From Pseudomonadota bacterium (GTDB taxonomy: Bacteria > Myxococcota_A > Polyangia > GCA-2747355): a stretch of 64,000 nucleotides of DNA. Shown here piece after piece: positions 1 to 11,388 of this stretch. Position numbers and translations under genes: made by a program. The notes beneath the pieces are model-generated. The model was not told where the DNA came from, made no database searches, and was given only the letters and a program-made list of their open reading frames with translations. Numbering within the stretch: position 1 is the stretch's first letter; each line of letters starts with the position of its first letter. The stretch lies in NCBI GenBank assembly GCA_016711215.1, contig JADJTL010000003.1, positions 256,709 through 320,708 on the forward strand, in the 5' to 3' direction.

Positions 1-235
1 CAAGCTGCTGCTCGCCGGCGCCGACGTCACGATGCTGGCCTCTGCGCTGCTGCGAAACGGCCCAGCCTACCCGCGGAAGCTGCTCGAGGCGCTGCAGAGC
101 TGGCTCGAGCAGCATGAGTACACCTCGGTCGAGCAACTCAAGGGTTCGATGAGTCAGCTGCACTGTCCGGACCCCACCCAGTTCGAGCGCGCGAACTACA
201 TGAAAGCGCTCCTGAGCTACAGCTCGACCTTCTGA
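1..235 (+). CDS. C-terminal fragment (gene starts upstream of the window) of a dihydroorotate dehydrogenase-like / dihydropyrimidine dehydrogenase PreA-like flavoprotein
   Basis: Frame 2 reads through the window start (KLLLAGADVTMLASALLRNGPAYPRKLLEALQSWLEQHEYTSVEQLKGSMSQ...) to the stop at 233-235. The tail motif resembles the C-termini of DHOD-like proteins. Family assignment is from memory only. Confidence 0.4.
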   Translation, partial: KLLLAGADVTMLASALLRNGPAYPRKLLEALQSWLEQHEYTSVEQLKGSMSQLHCPDPTQFERANYMKALLSYSSTF

Positions 236-428
236 GCGTCGCGCCCCGAACCAGGGAGCGCTTGCCCGGGCCGCGCGTTGGCCTTGGCACTGGCCAGGGC
301 TGTCGCCGGCAGCTTGACTTGCCGCCCAGCTCCGCTAGGATTCGGACGGACTTGCTCAGCATTTCTTCCTTCACCGCAAGCTGGCCGCGACGAGTTTCGC
401 TCGAGCCCTGGCCAAGAGAGCCGACACG

Positions 429-1868
<1,440 letters not shown>

Positions 1869-1877
1869 GGCGCGCTG

Positions 1878-2324
1878 CTAGCGGAGGGGGTCGCTGGCGG
1901 GCTGCGGCAGCACGACGCGCCACTGACCATCGACGCGCTGCAGATCGAGCAGCTCACTGCCATGATCCGCCCGGCTGATCAAGCGCACCTGGGCGCGATC
2001 ACGATCAGCGTAGCTCAGCTCGATTTCTGACGCTTCGAAGCGCGGCCGCGCGAAGCCCAGGACGAGCAGGTCCTCGGCCTTGAGCCGACGCTGACCGCCG
2101 GCTTGCAGCGTGGCACGTCGGGCCAGCCGCTGCAGCATGGTGCGCGACGCAGGCGCAAGCAGCGCGAAGAGCGCCTCGGTCTGCCCGTCGCCAGCGGCCT
2201 CCAGGAACGCGCGCGCGGCGTTCTCCGGCGTGCTCCCGGCCCTGGCTCCGCAGGCCCAGGCGCCGCAGAGCAGGCCGAGGGCGGCGACGAGCGCGCGGCG
2301 GCGAGCCGCGCGGCGGGCTACCAC
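1878..2324 (-). CDS. Hypothetical secreted protein or lipoprotein (signal peptide, Cys near the cleavage region)
   Basis: 148 aa ORF. N-terminus MVARRAARRRALVAALGLLCGAWACGARAG looks like a signal peptide. No recognisable catalytic motif. Confidence 0.4.
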   Translation of the reverse strand: MVARRAARRRALVAALGLLCGAWACGARAGSTPENAARAFLEAAGDGQTEALFALLAPASRTMLQRLARRATLQAGGQRRLKAEDLLVLGFARPRFEASEIELSYADRDRAQVRLISRADHGSELLDLQRVDGQWRVVLPQPASDPLR

Positions 2325-3295
2325 TTCAGGCCCATCTTGGCGCGCACCTCTTGCATCGTCGCCTCGGCGAGCTGCTGGCAGTGCCCCTGCCCTTGCGCGA
2401 GCACCTCGCGCACCTCGTCGGGTCGCTCGCGCAGCGCGCGCCAGCGCTCACGGATCGGCGCGAAATGCGCCACGAGCTGATCCCCCAGGCGCTTCTTGCA
2501 GTCGACGCAGCCGATGGCGGCCGCGCGACACGCCGCGCCGATCTCCTCACATTGCTCAGGCCCGCTGAAGAAGCCGTGCAGGCTGAAGATGTTGCAGATC
2601 TCGGGGTGGCCAGGATCGGATCGCCGCTGCCGCGCGGGATCGGTCACGGCGCCGGCGAGCTTGCGGCGCAACACGGCCTCATCCTCGTCGACGGCGATAT
2701 GGTTGCCGAGGCTCTTCGACATCTTCGCGGCGCCGTCCAGGCCACGCACCCGAGGCGTCGAGGTGAAGAGGGTGCGCGGCTCGGGGAAGGTCGCGCCAAA
2801 GCGGCCGTTGAAACGCCGCGCGATCTCCCGGCTGAGCTCGAGATGCTGCTCCTGATCCTCGCCCACCGGCACGCGCGAGGCCTTGTAGAGCAAGATATCC
2901 GCCGCCTGCAGCACAGGGTAAGCGAAGAGGCCGACGTTGATGTTATCCGCTTGTTGCTCGGACTTGCTCTTGAACTGCGTCTGCCGGCTGAGCTCGCCCA
3001 TCGAGGTCACGCAGGTGAAAATCCACGCCAGCTCGGTGTGCTGCGGCACGGCCGACTGCACGAACAATCGGACGTGCGCCGCGTCGAGGCCGCAGGCGAG
3101 GAGTCCGGTCGCAAGCTCGAGGATCCGCCCCGGCATCTCCTCGACCGCATAGGACTGCGTGACCGCGTGCAGGTCGACGACGCAGTAGATGCACTCGTAG
3201 TCGTGTTGGATCGCGACCCAGTTACGAACCGCCCCCAGGTAGTTCCCCAGGTGCAGCACGCCGGTCGGCTGGATACCGCTGAAGACTCGTTCCAT
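2318..3295 (-). CDS. trpS: Tryptophan--tRNA ligase
   Basis: N-terminal HIGH-type motif (GIQPTGVLHLGNYLGA) and KMSKS motif (KMSKSLGN). 325 aa, typical bacterial TrpRS length. Confidence 0.9.
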   Translation of the reverse strand: MERVFSGIQPTGVLHLGNYLGAVRNWVAIQHDYECIYCVVDLHAVTQSYAVEEMPGRILELATGLLACGLDAAHVRLFVQSAVPQHTELAWIFTCVTSMGELSRQTQFKSKSEQQADNINVGLFAYPVLQAADILLYKASRVPVGEDQEQHLELSREIARRFNGRFGATFPEPRTLFTSTPRVRGLDGAAKMSKSLGNHIAVDEDEAVLRRKLAGAVTDPARQRRSDPGHPEICNIFSLHGFFSGPEQCEEIGAACRAAAIGCVDCKKRLGDQLVAHFAPIRERWRALRERPDEVREVLAQGQGHCQQLAEATMQEVRAKMGLKW

Positions 3296-3328
3296 CGGGG
3301 CGGAAGCTGACAGTCCGAGGCCCGGCTG

Positions 3329-4192
<864 letters not shown>

Positions 4193-4367
4193 CCTCGCTC
4201 GCTCCCAAGGCTACCCCGGCGCCGCGGACGGCCGAGGCTAGGCCCCTCAACGCTCGCGCCGAAGCCGCGCTTGCTCGGTCGCATTATACGCATGAGGTCG
4301 CGGCCCAACCCAAGAAACGCCGCCGGCCAAGGGCGGCCGCGGCGAAGTCCTCCCCGCAGGTGCTAGG

Positions 4368-5027
4368 ATGGCGCCCGTGAGCGAACCCGGGCAAGAACCC
4401 ATTCGCCTGGTGATCGTCGAGGACCAGGCGGCCATCCTCTCGCAGCAGGTGCGGCTGCTCGAGGGCTTTGCCGAGCTGGCGATCGTGGGCACCGCTCGCG
4501 ACGGCGCGCATGCCCTCGAGGTGATCGCGCAGCAGCGACCGGACGTCGTCCTGCTGGATCTTGGGCTGCCCGACCTGAGCGGGATCGAGGTCACGCGGCG
4601 CATTCGGGCCACCCAGCCCACGACCGAGGTCCTGATCTACACGATCTTCGACGACGATGACGGGGTGCTGCAGGCGATCCGCGCGGGCGCCAGCGGCTAC
4701 CTGCTGAAGGGCACCCCGGCGAGCCGGATCGTCGAGGCGGTGCGCGACGTCCACCAGGGCGGCAGCGTGCTACAGCCGCAGCTCGCGCGCAACCTGCTGC
4801 GGCGCTTCCACTCGCCGGCGCCCTCGGGGCCCGGGCTGACGCCGCGCGAGGGCGAGATCCTGACCTTGATCGCCAAGGGGCTGACCAATCGCCACGCCGC
4901 CGAGACGCTGGGGCTCAGCCGCGCGACGGTGCGCACCCACCTCGAGCACATCTACGCCAAGCTGGAGGTCTCCAACCGCACCGAGGCCGTCAGCGAGGCG
5001 ATTCGTCGTGGATTGATCGACCCCTGA
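4368..5027 (+). CDS. NarL/FixJ (LuxR-type) two-component response regulator
   Basis: REC domain (VIVEDQ...DVVLLDLGLPDLSGIEV) plus C-terminal LuxR HTH (LTPREGEILTLIAKGLTNRHAAETLGLSRATVRTHLEHIYAKL). Confidence 0.85.
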   Translation: MAPVSEPGQEPIRLVIVEDQAAILSQQVRLLEGFAELAIVGTARDGAHALEVIAQQRPDVVLLDLGLPDLSGIEVTRRIRATQPTTEVLIYTIFDDDDGVLQAIRAGASGYLLKGTPASRIVEAVRDVHQGGSVLQPQLARNLLRRFHSPAPSGPGLTPREGEILTLIAKGLTNRHAAETLGLSRATVRTHLEHIYAKLEVSNRTEAVSEAIRRGLIDP

Positions 5028-5102
5028 GGGAGCAGCGAGCACCAGGACCCTCCGCTCCCGCCAGCCGCGCGTCGCGCCGCGACGCGAGCGCCGCTGCGCC
5101 CC

Positions 5103-5858
5103 TCAGCTCTCGAGCAGGCGATCGACCGTGTCCAGCAGGTCCGCCAGCCGAAAGGGCTTGGCGATGAAGGCGTCCGCGCCCGCGTCGATGACCCGCTGCG
5201 CCAGGTCGGCCTCGAGCGACGCGCTGAAGGCCACGATCGGCAGCCGCTGCCAGCGTGGGTCGGCGCGCACGCGGCCGACCAGCTCGACCCCGTCGATCAG
5301 CGGCAGCATCACGTCGACGAGCAGAAGATCGCAGTCCTGAGCCTCCAGCCAGCTCAGCGCGTCGACCCCGTTGGCGACACGCTGCGCCTGACAGGTCGGT
5401 CCTGGCGCGCTGCCGCGACGCAGCCGCGCCTGCAGCCCACGGCAGATCATTTCGGCGATGTGCTCGTTGTCGTCGGCCACGAGGATCTGCGGGGTGCGCG
5501 CCCCGAAGAGGCGCTCGTCGCGCGCGGCGAGACGCGGCACCAGCTCGGCCAGCATCATCCAGCCGCCCTCGGGCTGACGACTGAACTCGACGCCAAAGGC
5601 CTGCTCGCCGTCGACCGGGGGCTGAGCCCACTGCACGACGCCTTCGAGCGCGATCGGCTGCAGCAAGCGCGGAAACGACACGGCGAGGCGCAGCTCATCG
5701 CCGACGGCGACATCACGGCGCGTGCGAATCATCGTCCCGCCGTGGCGGATGTTGTCCTCGTAGTCCTGCAGGAAGCCGTCAAGCGTCGGGTACTCGACCT
5801 TGAGCGCGAGCGCCGTGCGTGGTCGATCTCGCTGCTCGCCCGCCTCGCTATCCACCAT
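5103..5858 (-). CDS. PilZ domain - response regulator receiver fusion protein
   Basis: N-terminal PilZ-like segment (RTALALKVEYPTLDGFLQDYEDNIRHGGTMIRT...). C-terminal REC (QILVADDNEHIAEM...DLLLVDVMLPLIDGVEL...IVAFSA...FIAKPF). Immediately downstream of the histidine kinase on the same strand. Confidence 0.7.
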   Translation of the reverse strand: MVDSEAGEQRDRPRTALALKVEYPTLDGFLQDYEDNIRHGGTMIRTRRDVAVGDELRLAVSFPRLLQPIALEGVVQWAQPPVDGEQAFGVEFSRQPEGGWMMLAELVPRLAARDERLFGARTPQILVADDNEHIAEMICRGLQARLRRGSAPGPTCQAQRVANGVDALSWLEAQDCDLLLVDVMLPLIDGVELVGRVRADPRWQRLPIVAFSASLEADLAQRVIDAGADAFIAKPFRLADLLDTVDRLLES

Positions 5859-5920
5859 CGCGCCGATTCACCACATCAGGTTCTAGTCAGTCAGGTTTTA
5901 GTTAGTCAGGCGTCCGTTAG

Positions 5921-7441
5921 TCAGATCACGATGCTATCGCCGGGTACAGCCGAAGGCAAGGTCAGCGTGAAGAGCGCGCCCTGTCGGCGCGCGCTGCTGA
6001 CCTCGATCGTTCCACCGTGGTCCTCGACGATCTGGCGCGTGAGCGCCAACCCAAGCCCCGTTCCCCCCTGCTTCGTGGTGAAGAAGGGCTCGAAGACGCG
6101 CGGCAGATCGCCGGGGCCGATGCCCGGTCCGTCATCGCCGATCGCCACCTCGACGCGACTGCCCAGCGACCGCGTGCTCACGCGGAGCTCGCCGCCGCGA
6201 CCCGCCAGCGCCTCGGCCCCGTTGCGCAGCAGATTGAGCAGCGCCTGACGGAGTTGGCTCTCGTCGACGGCCGCCGGCGGCAGGGTCTCGGCAAGCTCGA
6301 GCGTGCAAACGATGCCTTGCTGCCGCAGCTCCGCACCGACGAACTCGACCAGGGTGCGGACCAGTACGTTGAGGTCCTCGGCGCGCCGCGAGGGCTCGGG
6401 CCGACGCGCCAGACGCAGGTACTCCTCGGTGATCGCCGTCAGCCGGTCGACCTCGCGCTGAATCGCCGTGCAGAGCTGTCGCACCTCGTCGGTGACCGCG
6501 CCCGCGCCGCGCTGGGACAGGACCTCCTCGAGCAGCTCGGTGTTGAGCGAGATCGAGTTGAGCGGGTTGCGCACCTCATGCGTGATGTGCGCGGCGAGCA
6601 GACCCGCGGCCGCCATCCGCTCGCTGCGAATCAGCCGTTCCTCACGCTCCTGCAGGGCTGCCGCCATCGCGTTGAAGTCGCGGGCGAGGCGGCCCAGCTC
6701 ATCCTCTGCGCCGACGGGGATGCGACGCGCATAATCGCCAGCACCGATACGTCGCGTGCCGTCGGCCAGGGTACGCAGCGGGCGCAAGGTGCGCCGCGCC
6801 TGCGCCGTGACCGCCGCGCCGACAGCGAGCGCCACCAGCGCCAGGGCCAGTCCGATCCAGGTCCCCTCGCGCTGATCCTGCTCGAGATCGGCTGCCGCTT
6901 GCTGCACCTGGGCGCGCATCTCGCCGCGCAAGCGGCGAAACACCCCGGCGACCTGACGCTCGTGGCGCCCGAGCTCACGGCCGAGCCGCCCCAAGACCGC
7001 GGCCTCGCCCGCCACGCCAAAGAGCCGCTCGAAGTCGGGCTCGCGCCGCCAAATCGCCTGCTGCACCTGGCTCAACCGCTGATGCGCCCGGGCCAAGATC
7101 TGCTGCTCGGCCGCGGCCAGGCGCCCCGTATCGCCCGTGGCCAGGCGCAGGGCGCGCCGCAGCTCGCGTTGTCGCAGCTGCCGCGCGAGCCGGACCTGCT
7201 GGCGCACCAAGGCCGAGGCCTCGCTGCCGTTGGCCCGATCGGCGACGACGCCGAGCAGTCCCCGCTGCACCGTGTAGAGCTCGCTGAGGCCCAGGGTCAG
7301 CTCGAGGTAGCGCGCGCCGATCAGCTCCAGGCGCCGCCGCACCGCATGCGTGCTGTAGACGCTGTAGGCCAGCGCGGCGCCGAAGGTGCACATCACCAAC
7401 ACGAACCCGGTGAAGATCCGCGCTGAGACCGAGGGGCGCAT
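5921..7441 (-). CDS. Membrane sensor histidine kinase (TM, HAMP, HisKA, HATPase_c)
   Basis: N-terminal TM helix. H-box HITHEVRNPLNSISL. C-terminal ATPase motifs (DDGPGI...GTGLGLAL). Confidence 0.85.
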   Translation of the reverse strand: MRPSVSARIFTGFVLVMCTFGAALAYSVYSTHAVRRRLELIGARYLELTLGLSELYTVQRGLLGVVADRANGSEASALVRQQVRLARQLRQRELRRALRLATGDTGRLAAAEQQILARAHQRLSQVQQAIWRREPDFERLFGVAGEAAVLGRLGRELGRHERQVAGVFRRLRGEMRAQVQQAAADLEQDQREGTWIGLALALVALAVGAAVTAQARRTLRPLRTLADGTRRIGAGDYARRIPVGAEDELGRLARDFNAMAAALQEREERLIRSERMAAAGLLAAHITHEVRNPLNSISLNTELLEEVLSQRGAGAVTDEVRQLCTAIQREVDRLTAITEEYLRLARRPEPSRRAEDLNVLVRTLVEFVGAELRQQGIVCTLELAETLPPAAVDESQLRQALLNLLRNGAEALAGRGGELRVSTRSLGSRVEVAIGDDGPGIGPGDLPRVFEPFFTTKQGGTGLGLALTRQIVEDHGGTIEVSSARRQGALFTLTLPSAVPGDSIVI

Positions 7442-7557
7442 CGCCGGCGATGATAGCCCAAGTCAGCGAGCGACCAACGCGCCGCCTCGGATTTCGGAGA
7501 GGGTCTCCGATCGCCCAATCGCCCGAGTGGCGCCCGGCGTGACCGCCCACGGGCGGG

Positions 7558-8571
7558 CTAGGGCGGTGGCCGCGGATGCGCGTTGAGCCAGGCCCAGATC
7601 GCGTCGAGCAGCGGGGCGAAGGTGGCCGTAGTGTGGCCACCGCCGCGCACGGTCCAGAGGGCCACGTCTAGCCCGGGAGGGCAGTCGGCATAGTGCTCAC
7701 GCGAAACCGAGAGGGCAGCGCCTACGCGCAGCGGCGCCTCGGCCACCCGACGTGCCGCGCAGCCGAGGCGCAGGGCCCACCGCCGCGTGCTGGCCTCCGC
7801 ACCCGGATAGCAAAGGGAGTTACGCGGCCCCGGCCGCGGCACGCAGGCCGGTCGATAGGGCACGATCGGGTCGCGATCGCCCTGAACGTGGAGCACGCTC
7901 AGTCGCGGCGGCGAGGGGCAGGGCCCCTTGGAGAAGTCGGCACCGGCAAGGCTGACCACGGCGGCCAGGCGCCCGCCGCCGGCGCAGGCCAGTCGGTAGG
8001 CCAGATGCCCGCCGTTCGAGTGCCCCACCACGTAGAGGCGACGGGCATCGGCACGCTGAGCGCGCCAGGTCTGCTCCAGCAGGGCCTGGAGCCGCGGTGC
8101 ATCGTCGGCGTTGGCGGCGCCCGTGCTAAAGAAGTCACAGCAGGCCGGTCCGGCCCGCCAGAAGCGCTGGCCGTGGCGATCGAGGCGGCCCGCGGGGACG
8201 AGCGCGAGCAGCCTCTGCCGCGAGAGCAGCCGCGCGAGACCGAGGCCCTCGACCACGCTCTCTGGGCCGGCGCCATAGCCGTGGAGCAGCAGCAGCAGGG
8301 GCCGCTTGGCGCGCGGCACCGCTGGCGACGACTCGCCCCCCCCCAAGAGCAGCGGCGACGCGACGCCCTCCCCTGGCTGGTCTGCAGCGCCTTCGCCGCC
8401 GGGCGCGCGCGCAGGCGGATGCCGCTCGCCCTCGCTCGCCGCGCCAACGCAGCTCGCCGTCACCACGGCCAGGGTCAGCAGCAGACTGGGCCGCTGGCGC
8501 CGCGCGCGGCCTCGCCAGCGGCGAGGCGCGCGGACAGCGATCGTTGCGGTCGGCGGCGCCCGTTGCTCCAT
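7558..8571 (-). CDS. Alpha/beta-hydrolase, esterase of the PHB-depolymerase family; probable lipoprotein
   Basis: Nucleophile elbow VVGHSNGGHLAY. LLLLLHGYGAGPE oxyanion region. Signal peptide with Cys (LLLTLAVVTASC). Start chosen at the internal Met preceding the signal peptide. The ORF extends upstream to 8658. Confidence 0.6.
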   Translation of the reverse strand: MEQRAPPTATIAVRAPRRWRGRARRQRPSLLLTLAVVTASCVGAASEGERHPPARAPGGEGAADQPGEGVASPLLLGGGESSPAVPRAKRPLLLLLHGYGAGPESVVEGLGLARLLSRQRLLALVPAGRLDRHGQRFWRAGPACCDFFSTGAANADDAPRLQALLEQTWRAQRADARRLYVVGHSNGGHLAYRLACAGGGRLAAVVSLAGADFSKGPCPSPPRLSVLHVQGDRDPIVPYRPACVPRPGPRNSLCYPGAEASTRRWALRLGCAARRVAEAPLRVGAALSVSREHYADCPPGLDVALWTVRGGGHTTATFAPLLDAIWAWLNAHPRPPP

Positions 8572-8714
8572 CGAGGCCAGAGTGTAGCGCACGACCGCGG
8601 CAGCGCCGACCGCGGGCCACGACTGGCGCGCGGTCGGCGCTTGGGCTATCAAGGGCACGGCATGTTGGCGCGGCTCGCCGCGCGGAGCGCCGTCACAGCG
8701 GCCAGCCGAGGACC

Positions 8715-10076
8715 ATGAGCGCAGCGATCCCCAGCCCCAGCTCCACGGCGATTCATTTCGTCTCCCTCGGCTGCCCGAAGAACACCGTCGACACCGAACG
8801 GATGGCGGGGCTGGCGCGGCGCCAGGGACTGCGGCTCGGCGCGGCGCCAGCCGAGGCCGAGATCATCGTCGTCAACACCTGCGGCTTCATCGAGGCCGCC
8901 AAGCAAGAGTCGGTAGAGACCATCCTCGATCTGGCGCAGCAGAAGCACGACGGCCGCTGCCGCCTCTTGCTCGTCGCCGGCTGCCTGGCCCAGCGCTATC
9001 CCGAGGAGCTCGCGCGCGAGCTACCGGAGGTCGACGCCTTTATCGGCACGGCGGACCTCGGTCGTCTAGCGGGGATCCTCGAGCAGCGTGAGGTGGCGGC
9101 CGGCGCACGCATCACCGTGGGGCCAGCGGAGGGGCTGGAGGAGGCGGAGTACGCCCGCGAGCTCTGCGGCCCGGCACACACGGCCTACCTGAAGATCTCC
9201 GAGGGCTGTAACCGTCCGTGCGCGTTCTGCGCGATTCCGCTGATGCGCGGTCGCCAGCGCAGCCGCACGATCGGCTCGCTGGTGGCCGAGGCCGAGCAGC
9301 TCGTGGCGCGCGGCGCGCGCGAGCTGATTCTGGTGGCGCAGGACAGCACGGCCTACGGGCGCGACCTGCGCGACGAGGAGCACGCCGATCTGGCACAGCT
9401 CCTGGCGGCGCTCGACGGCGTGGCGGGCCTGCATTGGCTTCGCGTGCACTACGCCTACCCCTCGCTGGTGACGCCCGAGCTCGCCGAGCAAATGGCGCGG
9501 CTGCCACGGGTCGTCCCTTACCTCGATCTACCGATCCAGCACATCGACGACGAGGTGCTGCGCCGCATGCGACGCGGCTACGGCGCCGCGCAGGTGAGAC
9601 AGGCGCTAGCGAATCTGCGCGCCGCGATGCCCACCGTGGCGATCCGGTCGACGCTCCTCGTCGGCCATCCGGGGGAGAGCGAGGAGGCCCATCGCCGGCT
9701 CTGCGCGTTCGTGAGCGAGGCCGAGATCGATCACCTCGGCGCCTTCGTCTTCTCGCCCGAGGAGGACACCGCGGCGGCAAGCCAGAGCGAGACCGTGCCG
9801 ACCGCGTTGGCCACCGAGCGTCGAGACGAGCTGATGACCCTGCAGCGCACGCGCAGTCGCCGCCGCCTGCGGCGACTGCGCGGGAAGCTGCTCGAGGTGA
9901 TGATCGACGGGGTCAGCGAGGAGAGCGAGCTGCTGCTGACCGGCCGCCATGCGGGCCAGTCGCCCGGCATCGACGGCACGGTGATTCTCGCCGACGCGAG
10001 CGGCGCCCCAGGCACCTTGGTGCGCGCCCGCGTCGAGGACACGAGCGACTACGACCTGGTCGCCCGGGCGGAGTAG
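8715..10076 (+). CDS. rimO: Ribosomal protein S12 methylthiotransferase RimO (radical SAM MiaB-family)
   Basis: N-terminal MTTase domain (IHFVSLGCPKNTVDTE). Radical-SAM CxxxCxxC (CNRPCAFCAIP). C-terminal TRAM domain. Start chosen at ATG 8715. The ORF extends upstream to 8544. Confidence 0.85.
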   Translation: MSAAIPSPSSTAIHFVSLGCPKNTVDTERMAGLARRQGLRLGAAPAEAEIIVVNTCGFIEAAKQESVETILDLAQQKHDGRCRLLLVAGCLAQRYPEELARELPEVDAFIGTADLGRLAGILEQREVAAGARITVGPAEGLEEAEYARELCGPAHTAYLKISEGCNRPCAFCAIPLMRGRQRSRTIGSLVAEAEQLVARGARELILVAQDSTAYGRDLRDEEHADLAQLLAALDGVAGLHWLRVHYAYPSLVTPELAEQMARLPRVVPYLDLPIQHIDDEVLRRMRRGYGAAQVRQALANLRAAMPTVAIRSTLLVGHPGESEEAHRRLCAFVSEAEIDHLGAFVFSPEEDTAAASQSETVPTALATERRDELMTLQRTRSRRRLRRLRGKLLEVMIDGVSEESELLLTGRHAGQSPGIDGTVILADASGAPGTLVRARVEDTSDYDLVARAE

Positions 10077-10100
10077 GGCAGGCGACGCCGCGCGACCCGG

Positions 10101-11357
10101 ATGGCCCCAGACCTCGACGAACGCGCGATGACGAGCTCGACCCCCAAGCCGATGGTCGACCCCAAGAGCGTTAGGCCGGCCGCCCTGCCGACCGAGGGCG
10201 TCTGCGACCCGACCCCGGCGCCGCTAAGGCGCGCTGTCGGCGAAGGTCTCAGGCTCTTTCTGATCTGGCGCGGCGCGCTGCTCGTCCTCGCCTTCGTCGC
10301 CGCCAACGTGACCTATGAGCGCGAGGGCGCGCGCCCTCCCGTCGCCCCCGATCACTGGTTTCTCAGCGCCCACGTACGCTCCGACTCGCTGTGGTACGCC
10401 GGGATCGCCGAGCGGGGTTACTACGCGGCCGAGGGCGAATCGAACGCGCCCTTCTTTCCGCTCTATCCCTACCTCGCGCGCTGGCTTCGCCCGCTGACGG
10501 GCGACCTCTACCTGGCCGGGCTCTTGGTCTCGAACCTCAGCACCGCGCTGGCCCTGATCTTCCTCGCGGCGATCGGCCTGGAGCTGGTCGGTCGCGAGCG
10601 GACGCGGCGCGCTTTGATCTACCTGCTGGTCTACCCCTCCTCCTACTTCCTCTCGGCCTTCTACACCGAGGGGCTCTTCCTGCTCGCCAGCGCAGCCAGC
10701 TTCTACTTCTTCCTGCGGCGCCGCTATTTCGTCGCCGGGATCTGTGGCCTGCTGGCCGGGCTGACGCGCTCGGCCGGGCTCCCGCTCTTTCTCGGCTATG
10801 CGGCGACGCTGGCCTGGCAGCAGCTCCAGGGGCGGCTCCAACGCCGGCGAGCGCCCTTCGAGTGGCGTAGCCTCTGGCTGCTCCTGACCCTCGGCTCCTA
10901 CCCCATCTTCATGCTGATCTTGCAGCGGCAGCTCGGCGACCCGCTAGCCTTCGCTCGTTACCTCGGCAACTGGAACCGCCGCCCCACCGCGCCCTGGGTC
11001 GCGCTCCTGCGTGACGGGCGCCGCATCGACTTCAGCTTCGCCCAACGCCACGACGCCAATATGCATCGCCTGCTGGAGCTCGCGCCGACGCTCGGCTTCC
11101 TCGGCCTGGGCCTGATGATGGCGCTGCGCCAGATGCACCCGGCGCTCTGGACCTACACGCTGCTCAGCGTGCTCTTTCCGCTGAGCACGGGGACGATCCG
11201 CAGCATGTTGCGTTACACGGGGGTGGTCTTCCCCGGATTCTTCGGCCTCGCCGCGCTGAGCCGCGGGCGCACGGCCGAGCGGCTGATCATCTTCGCCTTC
11301 GCCTTCATCCTGGCGATCTACTACATGCGCTTCCTCAACGCCTGGTTCACCGGCTGA
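10101..11357 (+). CDS. Polytopic integral membrane protein, GT-C-type glycosyltransferase-like (mannosyltransferase/DUF2029-like)
   Basis: At least 9 hydrophobic helices. FFPLYPYLARW-type loop motif typical of GT-C enzymes. Family assignment is tentative. Confidence 0.45.
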   Translation: MAPDLDERAMTSSTPKPMVDPKSVRPAALPTEGVCDPTPAPLRRAVGEGLRLFLIWRGALLVLAFVAANVTYEREGARPPVAPDHWFLSAHVRSDSLWYAGIAERGYYAAEGESNAPFFPLYPYLARWLRPLTGDLYLAGLLVSNLSTALALIFLAAIGLELVGRERTRRALIYLLVYPSSYFLSAFYTEGLFLLASAASFYFFLRRRYFVAGICGLLAGLTRSAGLPLFLGYAATLAWQQLQGRLQRRRAPFEWRSLWLLLTLGSYPIFMLILQRQLGDPLAFARYLGNWNRRPTAPWVALLRDGRRIDFSFAQRHDANMHRLLELAPTLGFLGLGLMMALRQMHPALWTYTLLSVLFPLSTGTIRSMLRYTGVVFPGFFGLAALSRGRTAERLIIFAFAFILAIYYMRFLNAWFTG

Positions 11358-11388
11358 AGCGAGCGTGGTGGCGGCGCGGGCGCGCGGC

